Shown piece after piece: positions 1-10,091 of a stretch of DNA of 64,000 nucleotides. The stretch's first letter is position 1, and each line of letters opens with the position of its first letter. This DNA is from Mantamonas sphyraenae STR306 (Eukaryota > Protista > CRuMs). The position numbers were made by a program, and so were the translations under genes. The stretch is from assembly GCA_026936335.1 (NCBI GenBank), contig JAPMXV010000015.1, positions 186,001-250,000 of the forward strand, given 5' to 3'. A model generated the notes under the pieces. It did not search any database. It was not told the origin of the DNA and saw only the letters and a program-made list of their open reading frames with translations.

Positions 1-5
1 AGGCG

Positions 6-2547
6 ATGTCGATGAGCGAACTTGCCAGCGCAGCAGGCCGTGGAGTTTCTGAGCTGGGCGCAGCTGCACGTGATGCGGCTGCGGCGACGGGCCGTGCGGT
101 GCGTCAAGGCGCACAGGTTGCGTTTGACACGGGTGTGCGTGCTGTGCAGGCGGGCGGTCGCATTGCACGTGACAACGCCGAGCTGATTGGCACCGTGGCA
201 GGCGGTGTGGCAGGCACGATTGCATGCGGACCGGGATGCGGACGTGTGGGAGCTGCGCTGGGCGGAGGAGTGGGTGCATTCATCCAGACGCGTGGAACCA
301 CGCAGGAGAGGATGAACGCTGCATTGCGTTCGGCAACGATCGGCATTGTGGATCCGTTTGGGCGTGTGATGGCAGTGCCGGGCGTGAGGAACGTGGTGAA
401 CGGCGCGGTGACGAGTGTGACGGGTCGTGTGATGACCTCTGCAGCAGCGCAGCGATTGGCAAACACAGCCGTGGGCCAGGCGCTGACGTCGCGTGTGGGT
501 GCTTTGACCGCTCAGAACGCTGCCCGTGCCGCGGTGACGCGTGCTGCAGTCCAGCGTGCGATTGCTCGTGGTGGCATTCGCGGACGTGCTGTGCAGGGTG
601 TGTTTGACGCTGCCAAGGAGCAGTTCAACCGTGTTGTTGCCAGTCGTGTTGTTCCCCGTGCCATGGTTGCCTCGCGTGTCAAGGGTGCTATGGAAAGTGC
701 CCTTGGTGCAGGCATCGATGCTGGTCTGCGTGCCGTCCAGGGTCGTCCTCGCACAGGTGTCTCTAGTGGCCCTACCACTCGTGGTGGGCGTCGTGGTGCT
801 CGTGGTACGCGTGCTGCGACCACCTCTCGTGGCCCTACCACTCGTGGTGGACGTCGTGGTGCTCGTGGTGCTGGTCGCTCTCGTGGCCCTACCACTCGTG
901 GTGGACGTCGTGGTGCTCGTGGTGGACGCCGTGGTGGACGCTCTCGTGGCCCTACCACTCGTGGACGTCGTGGTGCTCGTCGTGGTGGTCGCTCTCGTGC
1001 CCTACCACTCGTGGTGCGTCGTGGTGCTCGTGGTGGACGCCGTGGTGGTCGCTCTCGTGGCCCTACCACTCGTGGTGGACGTCGTGGTGCTCGTGGTGGC
1101 CGCCGTGGTCGCTCTCGTGGCCCTACCACTCGTGGTGGGACGTCGTGGTGCTCGTGGTGGACGCCGTGGTCGCTCTCGTGCCCTACCACTCGTGGTGGGC
1201 GTCGTGGTCGTGGTGGACGCCGTGGTGGTCGCTCTCGTGGCCCTACCACTCGTGGTGGGCGTCGTGGTGCTCGTGGTGGACGCCGTGGTGGTCGCTCTCG
1301 TGGCCCTACCACTCGTGGTGGACGTCGTGGTGCTCGTGGTGGACGCCGTGGTGGTCGCTCTCGTGGCCCTACCACTCGTGGTGGACGTCGTGGTGCTCGT
1401 GGTGGACGCCGTGGTGGTCGCTCTCGTGGCCCTACCACTCGTGGTGGGCGTCGTGGTGCTCGTGGTGGACGCCGTGGCGGTCGCTCTCGTGGCCCTACCA
1501 CTCGTGGTGGACGTCGTGGTGCTCGTGGTGGACGTCGTGGTGGCCGCCGTGGTGGTCGCTCTCGTGGCCCTACCACTCGTGGGCGTCGTGGTGCTCGTGG
1601 TGGACGCCGTGGCGGTCGCTCTCGTGGCCCTACCACTCGTGGTGGACGTCGTGGTGCTCGTGGTGGACGTCGTGGTGGACGCCGTCGGTCGCTCTCGTGG
1701 CCCTACCACTCGCGGTGGACGTCGTGGTGCTCGTGGTGGACGTCGTGGTGGACGCCGTGGTGGCCGCTCTCGTGGCCCTACCACTCGCGGTGGACGTCGT
1801 GGTGGACGCCGTGGCGGTCGCTCTCGTGGCCCTACCACTCGCGGTGGACGTCGTGGTGCTCGTGGTGGACGTCGTGGTGGACGCCGTGGTGGCCGCTCTC
1901 GTGGTCCTACCAGCCGTGGTGGACGCCGTGGTGGACGCCGTGGTGGCCGCTCTCGTGGCCGCACCACTCGCAGACGTCTCTCGTGTGGACGTCGTGGTGG
2001 ACGCCGTGGTGGCCGCCGTCGTGGACGACGTCGTGGTGGTCGCTCTCGTGGTCGCACCAGCAGCCGCTCTCGTGGTCCTACCAGCCGTGGTGGACGCCGT
2101 GGTGGTCGCTCTCGTGGCCGCACCAGCAGCCGCTCTCGTGGTCCTACCAGCCGTGGTGGACGCCGTGGTGGTCGCTCTCGTGGCCGCACCAGCAGCCGCT
2201 CTCGTGGTCCTACCAGCCGTGGTGGGACGCCGTGGTGGCCGCTCTCGTGGCCGCACCAGCAGCCGCTCTCGTGGTCCTACCAGCCGTGGTGGACGCCGTG
2301 GCAGCCGCTCTCGTGGCCGCTCCAGCAGCCGCTCTCTCCTGGCCGTGGTGGACGCAGCAGCAGCCGCTCTCGAGGCCGTTCCAGCAGCCGCTCTCGAGGC
2401 CGTTCCAGCAGCCGCTCTCGCGGTCGTTCCAGCCGATCCAGCAGCCGTTCCCGTGGTGGCCGCTCTCGCGGTGGAAGCCGTGGTGGCCGCTCTCGTGGTG
2501 GAAGCCGTGGCGGACGCTCCCGCGGCGGTCGTGGCGGACGCCGCTGA
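6..2547 (+). CDS. Arg/Gly-rich tandem-repeat protein with an N-terminal Ala/Gly-rich region (glycine-zipper-like VAGGVAGTIACGPGCGRVGAALGGGVGAF); frameshifted in the repeat, possibly 5'-truncated by the window
   Basis: The RG-rich reading passes between ORFs 6..2666, 541..2547 and 1145..2608 at 1-nt indels. The final RG frame ends ...RGGRGGRR-TGA at 2545-2547. Codon use is strongly CGT/GGT. Confidence 0.6.
767..2544 (+). repeat. Coding minisatellite with a ~63-nt unit (CGCTCTCGTGGCCCTACCACTCGTGGTGGACGTCGTGGTGCTCGTGGTGGACGCCGTGGTGGT = RSRGPTTRGGRRGARGGRRGG), grading 3' into RSRGRTSS/RSRGRSSS and RGGSRGGRS variants
   Basis: Direct tandem repeats visible in the DNA. Confidence 0.95.
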
Positions 2548-2620
2548 TCAATTGCAGCCAAGAAATGAACCGAACAACTGGTGTTGCATTGCAAAAACAC
2601 ATCCCTGACAAAAGCACTCA

Positions 2621-5600
2621 TCACCCCCACAACCTCTTGGCAATCACCACGGCGAGAAACTTGTAAAATCTGCCAGGCAGGATGGGATCAATCTCAAGCA
2701 AACTGTCAATGTACGTGGAATCGACACGATAGATCCTCGCCCCATCTTCACCAGCCACCACATCGGCAGACACCGGGCCGTGTTCCAGGAAGCTCATTTC
2801 GCCAAACACTTCACCTTCAACAAGCGTTGCCACAGCTTCGTTGCCCAATGCCACATGAACCTGTCCCGTCACCACTTGGAACAGCGATCTGCTGTACTCG
2901 CCACAGCTCAGCACATGCTCCCCGGGTCCGTACGCGGTCAAAATGGCACCACGAAGCAGCAGCGCAACATCCTGTTCGGAAAACACCACATCGTCGTCTG
3001 CACCCGTGCTGCTTGCACCTGCTCCGTCGCCGCTTTCCACCCACAGCTCGCTCGCAGAGCCCAGCTTGTGTGCCATCCGCGGCAAACAGTGGGTCAGGAT
3101 GGTGTCATGCACCACGTCCAGCTGGTGACCCACCCCGGTCCTGTCGAAAAAGTAGCGATGGATGCGGCCACTCATCAAACGGAAAAAGATCAACCCACGT
3201 GCCTCCTCCATCTCAATGGCATGGATGCTTTCGATGGCCACCGACTCCTTCGTTTTGATGCCATAAAGCTTGGCGATGAAGAGCACACGCGATGTGGTCA
3301 AGAAAAGTTCCCCCTTCAACCTCGCCGTTCGCTCCACGTAGCACGGCCATGAGCACAGCACGCTCTCACTCGCCGGCAGATGGAACTCTCTGTGCACCGA
3401 CGACACCGACAGCAAGGAGCTAGACGACCCCACCGACAGGCCCCGCAATCGCTTGCCCACCTCCACCATGGCTCCATCACCGTCCCTCTCTGTGTCACTG
3501 TCACATCCTTCATCACTGTCGCTGCTGTCGCTGTCGCTATCGCTATCGCTGTCACTGTCGCCCCAATCACCTCCTCCGACCGACCGTTGACGCTTCAGCT
3601 GCTCCAAGCGCTGCTTCAGCGTCATCGTGCCCCGTTCACGCAGCTGTCTGGACATACCCAGTGCCAAAAAGGCGTACAGCTTGCCGGTCAGCTGCGGTTC
3701 AACCTCCACCGTCTTGTTCATGAAGCGGCGCGAGAGCAAGTACACCTCGACGCCGTCTTCGTTGGCCACCACCGAAACGTCCATCGGCGCCTCGGTCAGG
3801 AAGGAACGCACACCGATGAGATCGCCCGGACCCATGCTACCCAACACCATCTCTTTGCCACGAGACCGCACCACCGTGCGCACGCGGCCCTTGCGCACCT
3901 GGTACACGTCGTTGCACTGCTGCCCCTCCTGCAACACCCCCTCGTCGCGAGAGAAACGCTGCACACGCAACCCTTTGAGCATCACCTCGCAGGCCGCATC
4001 ACCGCCTGTCATGCCTCCGTCGCCCCGGTCTCCCAACTCGCCGCGCATTCCAGCAAAGCCGCTTCGAGTTGGGGTCGGTGAGGGCGATCCCGATGTCGAT
4101 GTCACCCTTCGCATGGCGTACATGGCGGATGTGCCTGCAGACGTGCGTCGCAGCATTTCCGACTGTGCCGCCACCGATGTCAATTTGGCGGAATGCGCAT
4201 GTGCCAAGTCGCCGCCGTTTCCCACATCCGCTTCTTCCTCCTCCTCCTCATTGTCTGCATGAGACAGCGACACACTCAGTGCACCCAGATTCTTGCGTGC
4301 CAACAGCGTCGCCTTGCCCCTGCTCAGCTCTTCCATCTCGTCCTCTTCCTCGTCATCATCCTCGTCGTCGTCGTCGTCCTCATCATCCTGCCCCTTCTCG
4401 CCTCCCACTGACGACATTCCCGAGAGCAAGCCCATGTCATCCGAGGTGTGCATCAGCGACGATCTTCCAGCGCCTGTCTGAGATTGTTGTGATGATGCAT
4501 CGTCCCCTCCGCCTGCCAAAAGACCCGTGGCGTGGCTGCTGCGATGCGATGCACTTGACGACATTTCCCCTTGTCTCATGTCGTTGACGCGCACGTGCTC
4601 TTGGCCCTGCTCGTCGCGCGTGAGCACCAGCTGCGTGCTGCCCACAGACGTTTTGCGCGACCGTACCATGAACTTGGGGATGTCCACGTGCGTTTCCTCT
4701 TTCAGGTACTCCAGCAGCTGTTGGGCGTCAAAGTCGTTGTCCATGCGCACGTGCACCTTGGCACGGCCGCGCAGGTACACCGAAAACGCGTTGCGTGCTC
4801 CCGAGCTGTCCGGTGCAAGTGCACGCACGTCTGCAAACGGCAAGTTCAGGGTCACCTTGAAGCCCATCAGAGGCATGTCGGCCACCAGCGCCAGACGGTG
4901 CGTGGAAACAAACATCAAGCCGCTCACAGGCACATGCTGACGCAGTTCGCAGTCCTGGAAGCAGAACAGGGGAACCTCGGTGTCGTCCAGGGTCTCGTCA
5001 AACGTGCTGAAAAAGTACTCGTTCAGAGTGTCTCGCAGTTGCGGCGTCTCCATCAACAGCGTGGACAGGTCCACAGGTGGCTGTGTGCTTTGGTGAACCG
5101 TCACCGCGCGACCTCTGCGTGTGCCGTACATCCCATCGTCCAGCGTCATCATGCGCACGTCCTCCTCCTCCACCTCACCCACCATGTGCAGCAGCTCTTC
5201 CTCAGTCAATTCCTCGTCACCCCCACCAAAGCTGTCATCCAGCACGCCACTTGCCATGACATCACCCTCAAGGTCAAGACGCGAGGGGACCGACACCATG
5301 GTCCGCCTACGCATGGGAAGCAGGCCGTCCTGGTCCAACGAGAAGCCGCTGGACACACGTCGCATACCCATCAGTCCACCACTCCCCCGACGTCCCTCGT
5401 GGCTTCCGTGTGACGATTCGCTCAGTTCCCGCGTACGCCTCCGTCCCAACCAGCCTTCTTGCTGATCCAGCATGCGTGGGGCTGGGTCAAACGACGACGC
5501 TCGTGCGCGTCGTTTCGTGGGTGACTCGTTGGGACTGGTGAGAAGAGGAGAACCGGCGCCGGCGCCGGCGCCGACTGTCGTCAGTCCGCGCACGTTGCGT

Positions 5601-8422
5601 CGCTGCATCTCTCGCCATCCGTCGCTGGCCTCGCTCACCGTCCGATGCAGCGCACCCACTCCGTTCTCTCGTCGCAAGCCCAGCGAAGAAGCGCTGCCCA
5701 TGGTGTCATCTGCACCAAAAGCAGACACCGGTGTGCTTGTCGTGGCTGCGCCCGAGCCCGAGCCGGTGCTCGTGCTCGTGCCGCCATCCTCGTCCAGCTC
5801 GTCAAACCCGTCAAACAGATGTTCAAACTCGCTGTAGTCCTGCTTCTTGCCAATGTACGACACTCGGTGCAGCTCTGTGCGCATCCCCGCAATCCGACGG
5901 TTGACCTCAAAGTTGAGGATGCTCTCCATCGGCGTCGACTCAAACGGCGCCGGCGCCTCCCGGTTGTACACCGCCGCAAAGTCCACGTCGGCAAACCATG
6001 GGTGCTCTTTGATGCGTGCCACGTTGCTCTCTCCGGAGCCCAGTCGCCCCTCGGGATCCTTGACCAGCAACCGTTGCAGCAAATCCACAAGCTCCTCGGA
6101 CATCCACCGTGGAAACTCTGGCTCCGCCCCTTGGATGTTTTGCACCATTTCGTCAAAATTGGCCGAAGAGAACGGTGTGTGGCCAGCCACGAGTTCGTAC
6201 ACGGTGATGCCGAACGACCAGATGTCCACCGCGTTGTCGTACGTCTCTTCCTTCAGGATTTCCGGCGCCACGTACTCCAGCGTGCCGCAGAACGTGTCGC
6301 TAAAGTTGCGGCCGTACTCAAAATGCGGTTTGCACAGACCAAAGTCTGCCAGCACAATGTGGCCGTGCTCGTCAATGAGCAGGTTGTCGGGTTTGATGTC
6401 CCTGTGAATCACCTGGGCGTGCGCAAGATACTCCAGACATAGCAGCAACTCGGCGGCCACCGCCTTTGCTTGGTCTTCCCCCAAGCCACCCTTGGGGATT
6501 CGAAGCGACACCTCTGAGCCGCAGCAGTAATCGAGGAGCATGAACAGGCGTGTGGGTGTCTGAAACGCACGATGCAGCTTCAGGATGAATGGATGGCTCA
6601 GGGTGTGCAACACTCGCTTCTCGCCCACCACATTGTCCACCACCTGGTCATCAATCACCTTGGCCTTGTTGACGATCTTCAGGGCAAACAGCGCGCCAGA
6701 CACCCGTTCGCTCACAAGCATCACCTTGCCGTACGCCCCTTCGCCCAGACGCGTCAACATGTCAAATGATGTCAGATTCAACTGTGCCATGCGTTCCGTC
6801 TCGTCTGTCGAACTCAGTGTCGATGTACTCGACGCCGTCGACTGGATTGACTGCGAACGCGATCGTCCTCCTCCTCCACCGCCTAGCTCGTTGCCAACCT
6901 CCAAACTAGCCAGGCGGAACACGCCATGCTGTTGTGCGCCTGTGGTTTGCTTGCCCCTTGCCCTCTGTGTCTTGTTGCCCGCTGCCACCGCAGCCTTTGC
7001 CCGCTGCGCCGCCAGGAGATCGTATATCGAATCACCCCGATCCAACACCACCGGCCGTTGCCGTTTCATGGCACTGCGCGGGCTACTTGCAGCAGGTACC
7101 ATGTTCATGGGCCTCCCTCCGCTGCCTCCCAGCCTCAACGACGTCACGCCTTGGGCGAAAGACGAGGAGGAAGATGACGACGATGACGACGATGACGACG
7201 ACGACGACGACGCTGTGGTCTCGCTGCCCTCGGATATGATCACCGTCTTGACATACTCGCGCATTTTCTCTGCGGCACGATGTTCGTCGAGGCGTTTGAT
7301 GGCGCCTTGGATCTCAAAGAGCCAGCGCTCTCTCTCTCTGACGGAGGAACTCTTGAACACACGCTTGCGTTTGGCTGTGTCTGCTTCGATGTCGCCACTG
7401 GTTTTGACGGCGTCGCGCCGCAAGGTGATGACCAGCAGGGCCTCGAGGCTCTTGCCGCCGCGCTGCACCTTGCGGATGTGGTCGATGCGGATTTGCTCCA
7501 TGGGTCGTTGCTGCTCATCGAATGCCTGCTGATCGCGAAACACACGCAGGATGCCGTGTGCAAATGTACAAAAGCGCTGCTTCCACATGGCATGCAGGGC
7601 ACCGTGCTGCTGCTGCATCATTGTGGCTGCCAACGAGCGATGATTGATCAGCCACTCCTCAGCACGCATGCGCACGTGCATGTCCCAATCCAGATCCTCC
7701 ATTGCCATCCATTCGATCTCATCTTTGTACTGCGGGTCGCCGTACTCTGCGGCGAGGGTGGCAATCAGCGACGCTGGTTGCAGCTCCGTTGCTTCAAGCC
7801 GCTCCTGCACAGTGGCAAACACCTCCTTGTCCGCCTGGTCCAGGTTGACGAGAACGTGTTTCAGTGTCGATGCAGGCGGATGCACGTTCATCGGCGCCGT
7901 CTCGGTGAGGAAACGGTCAAAGACAAAGTGGGCGCGGGTTCTTCGCTCTTCTCTGGACCAATCTTCGCTGGTCCGGAACAGATGCAACGCCTGCCAGCAC
8001 AGAAGCACCTCCTCCCGGTTGTCCTTGCGGATGCTGGCTGCATAGCGTTCCCACAGCGTGGAATCCTTCAGCACAGCTTGCAGGATGCTGCAGTGACGTT
8101 GTGGCGAGGGCGTGTCAGTGATCTTCCCCTCTTCCCTTGTGCACCCGGGCCGTGCACGTCCTCTCACGCCACTTGACAGGCCATCCGCAAACAACCAGAC
8201 ACGCACGTACCGCATTTGATCCTTGTCCTGCTCTCCCTGTGCATCCTCCTTGCGCAAGCGTTGCTGTGACGAGGCCAGGACACGCACTTCCTGTTGGATG
8301 AGACCCAGCATACGCATAGCCTGTTCCACGTCACCGCCCATGGCTTCCAAGATCATGGTTGCCGCCTCTGCTGCCTGATCCGGATGCTGCATGCATTCCA
8401 GCAACCTGTCATCGTCGTGCAT
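2621..8422 (-). CDS. AGC-group Ser/Thr kinase with RGS-PH-kinase-GRAM-cNMP-GRAM-cNMP architecture; likely in-frame intron 8088-8210
   Basis: Kinase motifs GEGAYGKV, FALK, HRDIKPDN, DFG, TFCGTLEYVAPE and an AGC C-tail. RGS-like segment (EEVLLCWQALHLFR...RAHFVFDRFLTETAPMNV). PH-like WKQRFCTF...ERERWLFEIQ. Two GRAM-like segments (GLMFVSTHRL; GELFLTTSRVLF). Two cNMP-binding folds (GPGDLIGVRSFL; GEVFGEMSFL). Intron GTACGT...CTGCAG. Confidence 0.85.
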   Translation of the reverse strand: MHDDDRLLECMQHPDQAAEAATMILEAMGGDVEQAMRMLGLIQQEVRVLASSQQRLRKEDAQGEQDKDQMRYVRVWLFADGLSSGVRGRARPGCTREEGKITDTPSPQRHCSILQAVLKDSTLWERYAASIRKDNREEVLLCWQALHLFRTSEDWSREERRTRAHFVFDRFLTETAPMNVHPPASTLKHVLVNLDQADKEVFATVQERLEATELQPASLIATLAAEYGDPQYKDEIEWMAMEDLDWDMHVRMRAEEWLINHRSLAATMMQQQHGALHAMWKQRFCTFAHGILRVFRDQQAFDEQQRPMEQIRIDHIRKVQRGGKSLEALLVITLRRDAVKTSGDIEADTAKRKRVFKSSSVRERERWLFEIQGAIKRLDEHRAAEKMREYVKTVIISEGSETTASSSSSSSSSSSSSSSSSFAQGVTSLRLGGSGGRPMNMVPAASSPRSAMKRQRPVVLDRGDSIYDLLAAQRAKAAVAAGNKTQRARGKQTTGAQQHGVFRLASLEVGNELGGGGGGRSRSQSIQSTASSTSTLSSTDETERMAQLNLTSFDMLTRLGEGAYGKVMLVSERVSGALFALKIVNKAKVIDDQVVDNVVGEKRVLHTLSHPFILKLHRAFQTPTRLFMLLDYCCGSEVSLRIPKGGLGEDQAKAVAAELLLCLEYLAHAQVIHRDIKPDNLLIDEHGHIVLADFGLCKPHFEYGRNFSDTFCGTLEYVAPEILKEETYDNAVDIWSFGITVYELVAGHTPFSSANFDEMVQNIQGAEPEFPRWMSEELVDLLQRLLVKDPEGRLGSGESNVARIKEHPWFADVDFAAVYNREAPAPFESTPMESILNFEVNRRIAGMRTELHRVSYIGKKQDYSEFEHLFDGFDELDEDGGTSTSTGSGSGAATTSTPVSAFGADDTMGSASSLGLRRENGVGALHRTVSEASDGWREMQRRNVRGLTTVGAGAGAGSPLLTSPNESPTKRRARASSFDPAPRMLDQQEGWLGRRRTRELSESSHGSHEGRRGSGGLMGMRRVSSGFSLDQDGLLPMRRRTMVSVPSRLDLEGDVMASGVLDDSFGGGDEELTEEELLHMVGEVEEEDVRMMTLDDGMYGTRRGRAVTVHQSTQPPVDLSTLLMETPQLRDTLNEYFFSTFDETLDDTEVPLFCFQDCELRQHVPVSGLMFVSTHRLALVADMPLMGFKVTLNLPFADVRALAPDSSGARNAFSVYLRGRAKVHVRMDNDFDAQQLLEYLKEETHVDIPKFMVRSRKTSVGSTQLVLTRDEQGQEHVRVNDMRQGEMSSSASHRSSHATGLLAGGGDDASSQQSQTGAGRSSLMHTSDDMGLLSGMSSVGGEKGQDDEDDDDDEDDDEEEDEMEELSRGKATLLARKNLGALSVSLSHADNEEEEEEADVGNGGDLAHAHSAKLTSVAAQSEMLRRTSAGTSAMYAMRRVTSTSGSPSPTPTRSGFAGMRGELGDRGDGGMTGGDAACEVMLKGLRVQRFSRDEGVLQEGQQCNDVYQVRKGRVRTVVRSRGKEMVLGSMGPGDLIGVRSFLTEAPMDVSVVANEDGVEVYLLSRRFMNKTVEVEPQLTGKLYAFLALGMSRQLRERGTMTLKQRLEQLKRQRSVGGGDWGDSDSDSDSDSDSSDSDEGCDSDTERDGDGAMVEVGKRLRGLSVGSSSSLLSVSSVHREFHLPASESVLCSWPCYVERTARLKGELFLTTSRVLFIAKLYGIKTKESVAIESIHAIEMEEARGLIFFRLMSGRIHRYFFDRTGVGHQLDVVHDTILTHCLPRMAHKLGSASELWVESGDGAGASSTGADDDVVFSEQDVALLLRGAILTAYGPGEHVLSCGEYSRSLFQVVTGQVHVALGNEAVATLVEGEVFGEMSFLEHGPVSADVVAGEDGARIYRVDSTYIDSLLEIDPILPGRFYKFLAVVIAKRLWG

Positions 8423-8590
8423 GTCGGCGAGGGCGATCGTGTTGGCTTTCCAGACGCCTCTGCTCACACGCACACTGCAATCACGGCTGTTGGGAGAGTG
8501 GAAAGACACATGGGAATAGTGCAACCACAGGTTTCGATGAGATCCGGGAGTGCCCACGTGTTGCCAACCACACAACACAATTGCAAGTCC

Positions 8591-10012
8591 ATGGGCCAGT
8601 CTTCCAGCTCAGCTTCCATGCCCCAGGTGCCGTTCCCAGAGGTCGACCCGTATCTGTACACCCTACGTCGCTACGTTCAATCACACAGACACATTTCCAA
8701 TTTGGCATCCGTAGGGTACATTGTCGAGAACCGAATTTCTCTGGCCTGGCAACACGCACAGAGATGGGCCGACAACCTGAACCAGAGCGGCGACTACGAT
8801 CCAATCACACCCGAAACGAGCTTCTGGTGTGCCCAGCTTCCTAAGGATGAGCTGGAGAATGGATTGCTCTACGCTGCTGCGCATGACAACATGGATGCGT
8901 TCCGGGCCCTTCTTGTGCGCGGTTCGCGCTGGGGCGTGAACGTCCTGTCCGCCCAAAACGGCTTTGCGACACACATGTGCGCCTTGGAAATGGCAGTGCA
9001 CAAGGGCAGTCTTAACATTATTGAATCCTTGCTGGAAAGTGGGTTTCGCTGCCCACACAGGTCCATGCATCTCGAGGTGGCAATGGTCGGCAATTCGGCG
9101 AAAACGCTCCTTCCGCTGGTTCAACACGGCGCCACAACCGAGGGATGCATGTACGGTGTGTTGCAGGACGAATCTGCCATCGACGTCGTCCTCCCTTCCA
9201 TGAAGTTGCTCCCTGAGGAAGAGCTGAGGAAGGTGGCTGAGATGGAATTGTTCACAAGGACGTACTACAAACCCAAACACCGCCTGCTCACGAGAATGCT
9301 TGCGAATGGGATGGGAATGCCAGATGCATTGATTGCAGGTCTGCGCTTCATGCCGTATGGTGAGGTGCATGAGTACCTGGAGCAGGAATCCCCAGTTGTC
9401 AACGGCGTGGACTTGAGCCGCGGCATGACAGCCCTGCACATGGCGTGCAGGCATGGAGATGAAGACATTGTGCAAAAGCTGCTCAAGGTGGGTGCAGACC
9501 CGAATGGGTTGTCCACAAACGGATCGCCGCCGCTTCTCATCGCCGCAAGGAGGGGCAACGTCGAGATGGTGCGAGCACTCATCGACGCAGGTGCAGACAT
9601 GAACCACACGGACCGTCGTGCGTGCTGTGCTTTTGACATCGCTCTGAGTCGAAATCGCTACAAGATTTGCCTGGAGCTGGTTGCTCACGGCGCTCAGGTC
9701 CAGTGTGCAGAATGGTTGCGTAGGCGCAGGCCCCACCAAGTGCCGCAGATTCAATTGGCGTATGAATTCGGTGTGCTGCCGCAGTTTCTTGTGGCCAACA
9801 ACATGGGTGGGTGGACCAAAGAAAACCACTCCCTCCTGCCGGAGCAGCTGGACACGGCCGTCGAGTTGGCTCTCATGATGAATGCAGAAGAGCGCGATGA
9901 GATGTTTGAAGCAGGTGGCATGGATGCGTACACTCCTACGGCGTCGTGGATGACGCAGCCGGACGAGGTGATGGAAAGGATCCTCGACCATTTGTTGCTG
10001 CGCAAACTGTGA
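8591..10012 (+). CDS. Ankyrin-repeat protein with conserved C-terminal F-box/PRANC-like module (ANK-1)
   Basis: ANK motifs GMTALHMACRHGDEDIVQKLLKVGADPN and GSPPLLIAARRGNVEMVRALIDAGADMN. C-terminus WMTQPDEVMERILDHLL. Start MGQSSS is myristoylation-like. Intronless. Confidence 0.85.
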   Translation: MGQSSSSASMPQVPFPEVDPYLYTLRRYVQSHRHISNLASVGYIVENRISLAWQHAQRWADNLNQSGDYDPITPETSFWCAQLPKDELENGLLYAAAHDNMDAFRALLVRGSRWGVNVLSAQNGFATHMCALEMAVHKGSLNIIESLLESGFRCPHRSMHLEVAMVGNSAKTLLPLVQHGATTEGCMYGVLQDESAIDVVLPSMKLLPEEELRKVAEMELFTRTYYKPKHRLLTRMLANGMGMPDALIAGLRFMPYGEVHEYLEQESPVVNGVDLSRGMTALHMACRHGDEDIVQKLLKVGADPNGLSTNGSPPLLIAARRGNVEMVRALIDAGADMNHTDRRACCAFDIALSRNRYKICLELVAHGAQVQCAEWLRRRRPHQVPQIQLAYEFGVLPQFLVANNMGGWTKENHSLLPEQLDTAVELALMMNAEERDEMFEAGGMDAYTPTASWMTQPDEVMERILDHLLLRKL

Positions 10013-10091
10013 ACAATGTGATGACTCGCAAGCACACACATGAAGGTAAACGAACATGGAGAAGCATTGCGTACATTCCAATCTGCCTGAA

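Noticed and set aside
767-2544. CRISPR array or telomeric repeat
   Set aside because: There are no unique spacers. The units are contiguous, codon-structured and continue an upstream ORF.
512-2666. Val/Trp-rich and Pro/Arg-rich alternative-frame ORFs as separate genes
   Set aside because: They are shadow frames of the repeat, which lacks stops in several frames.
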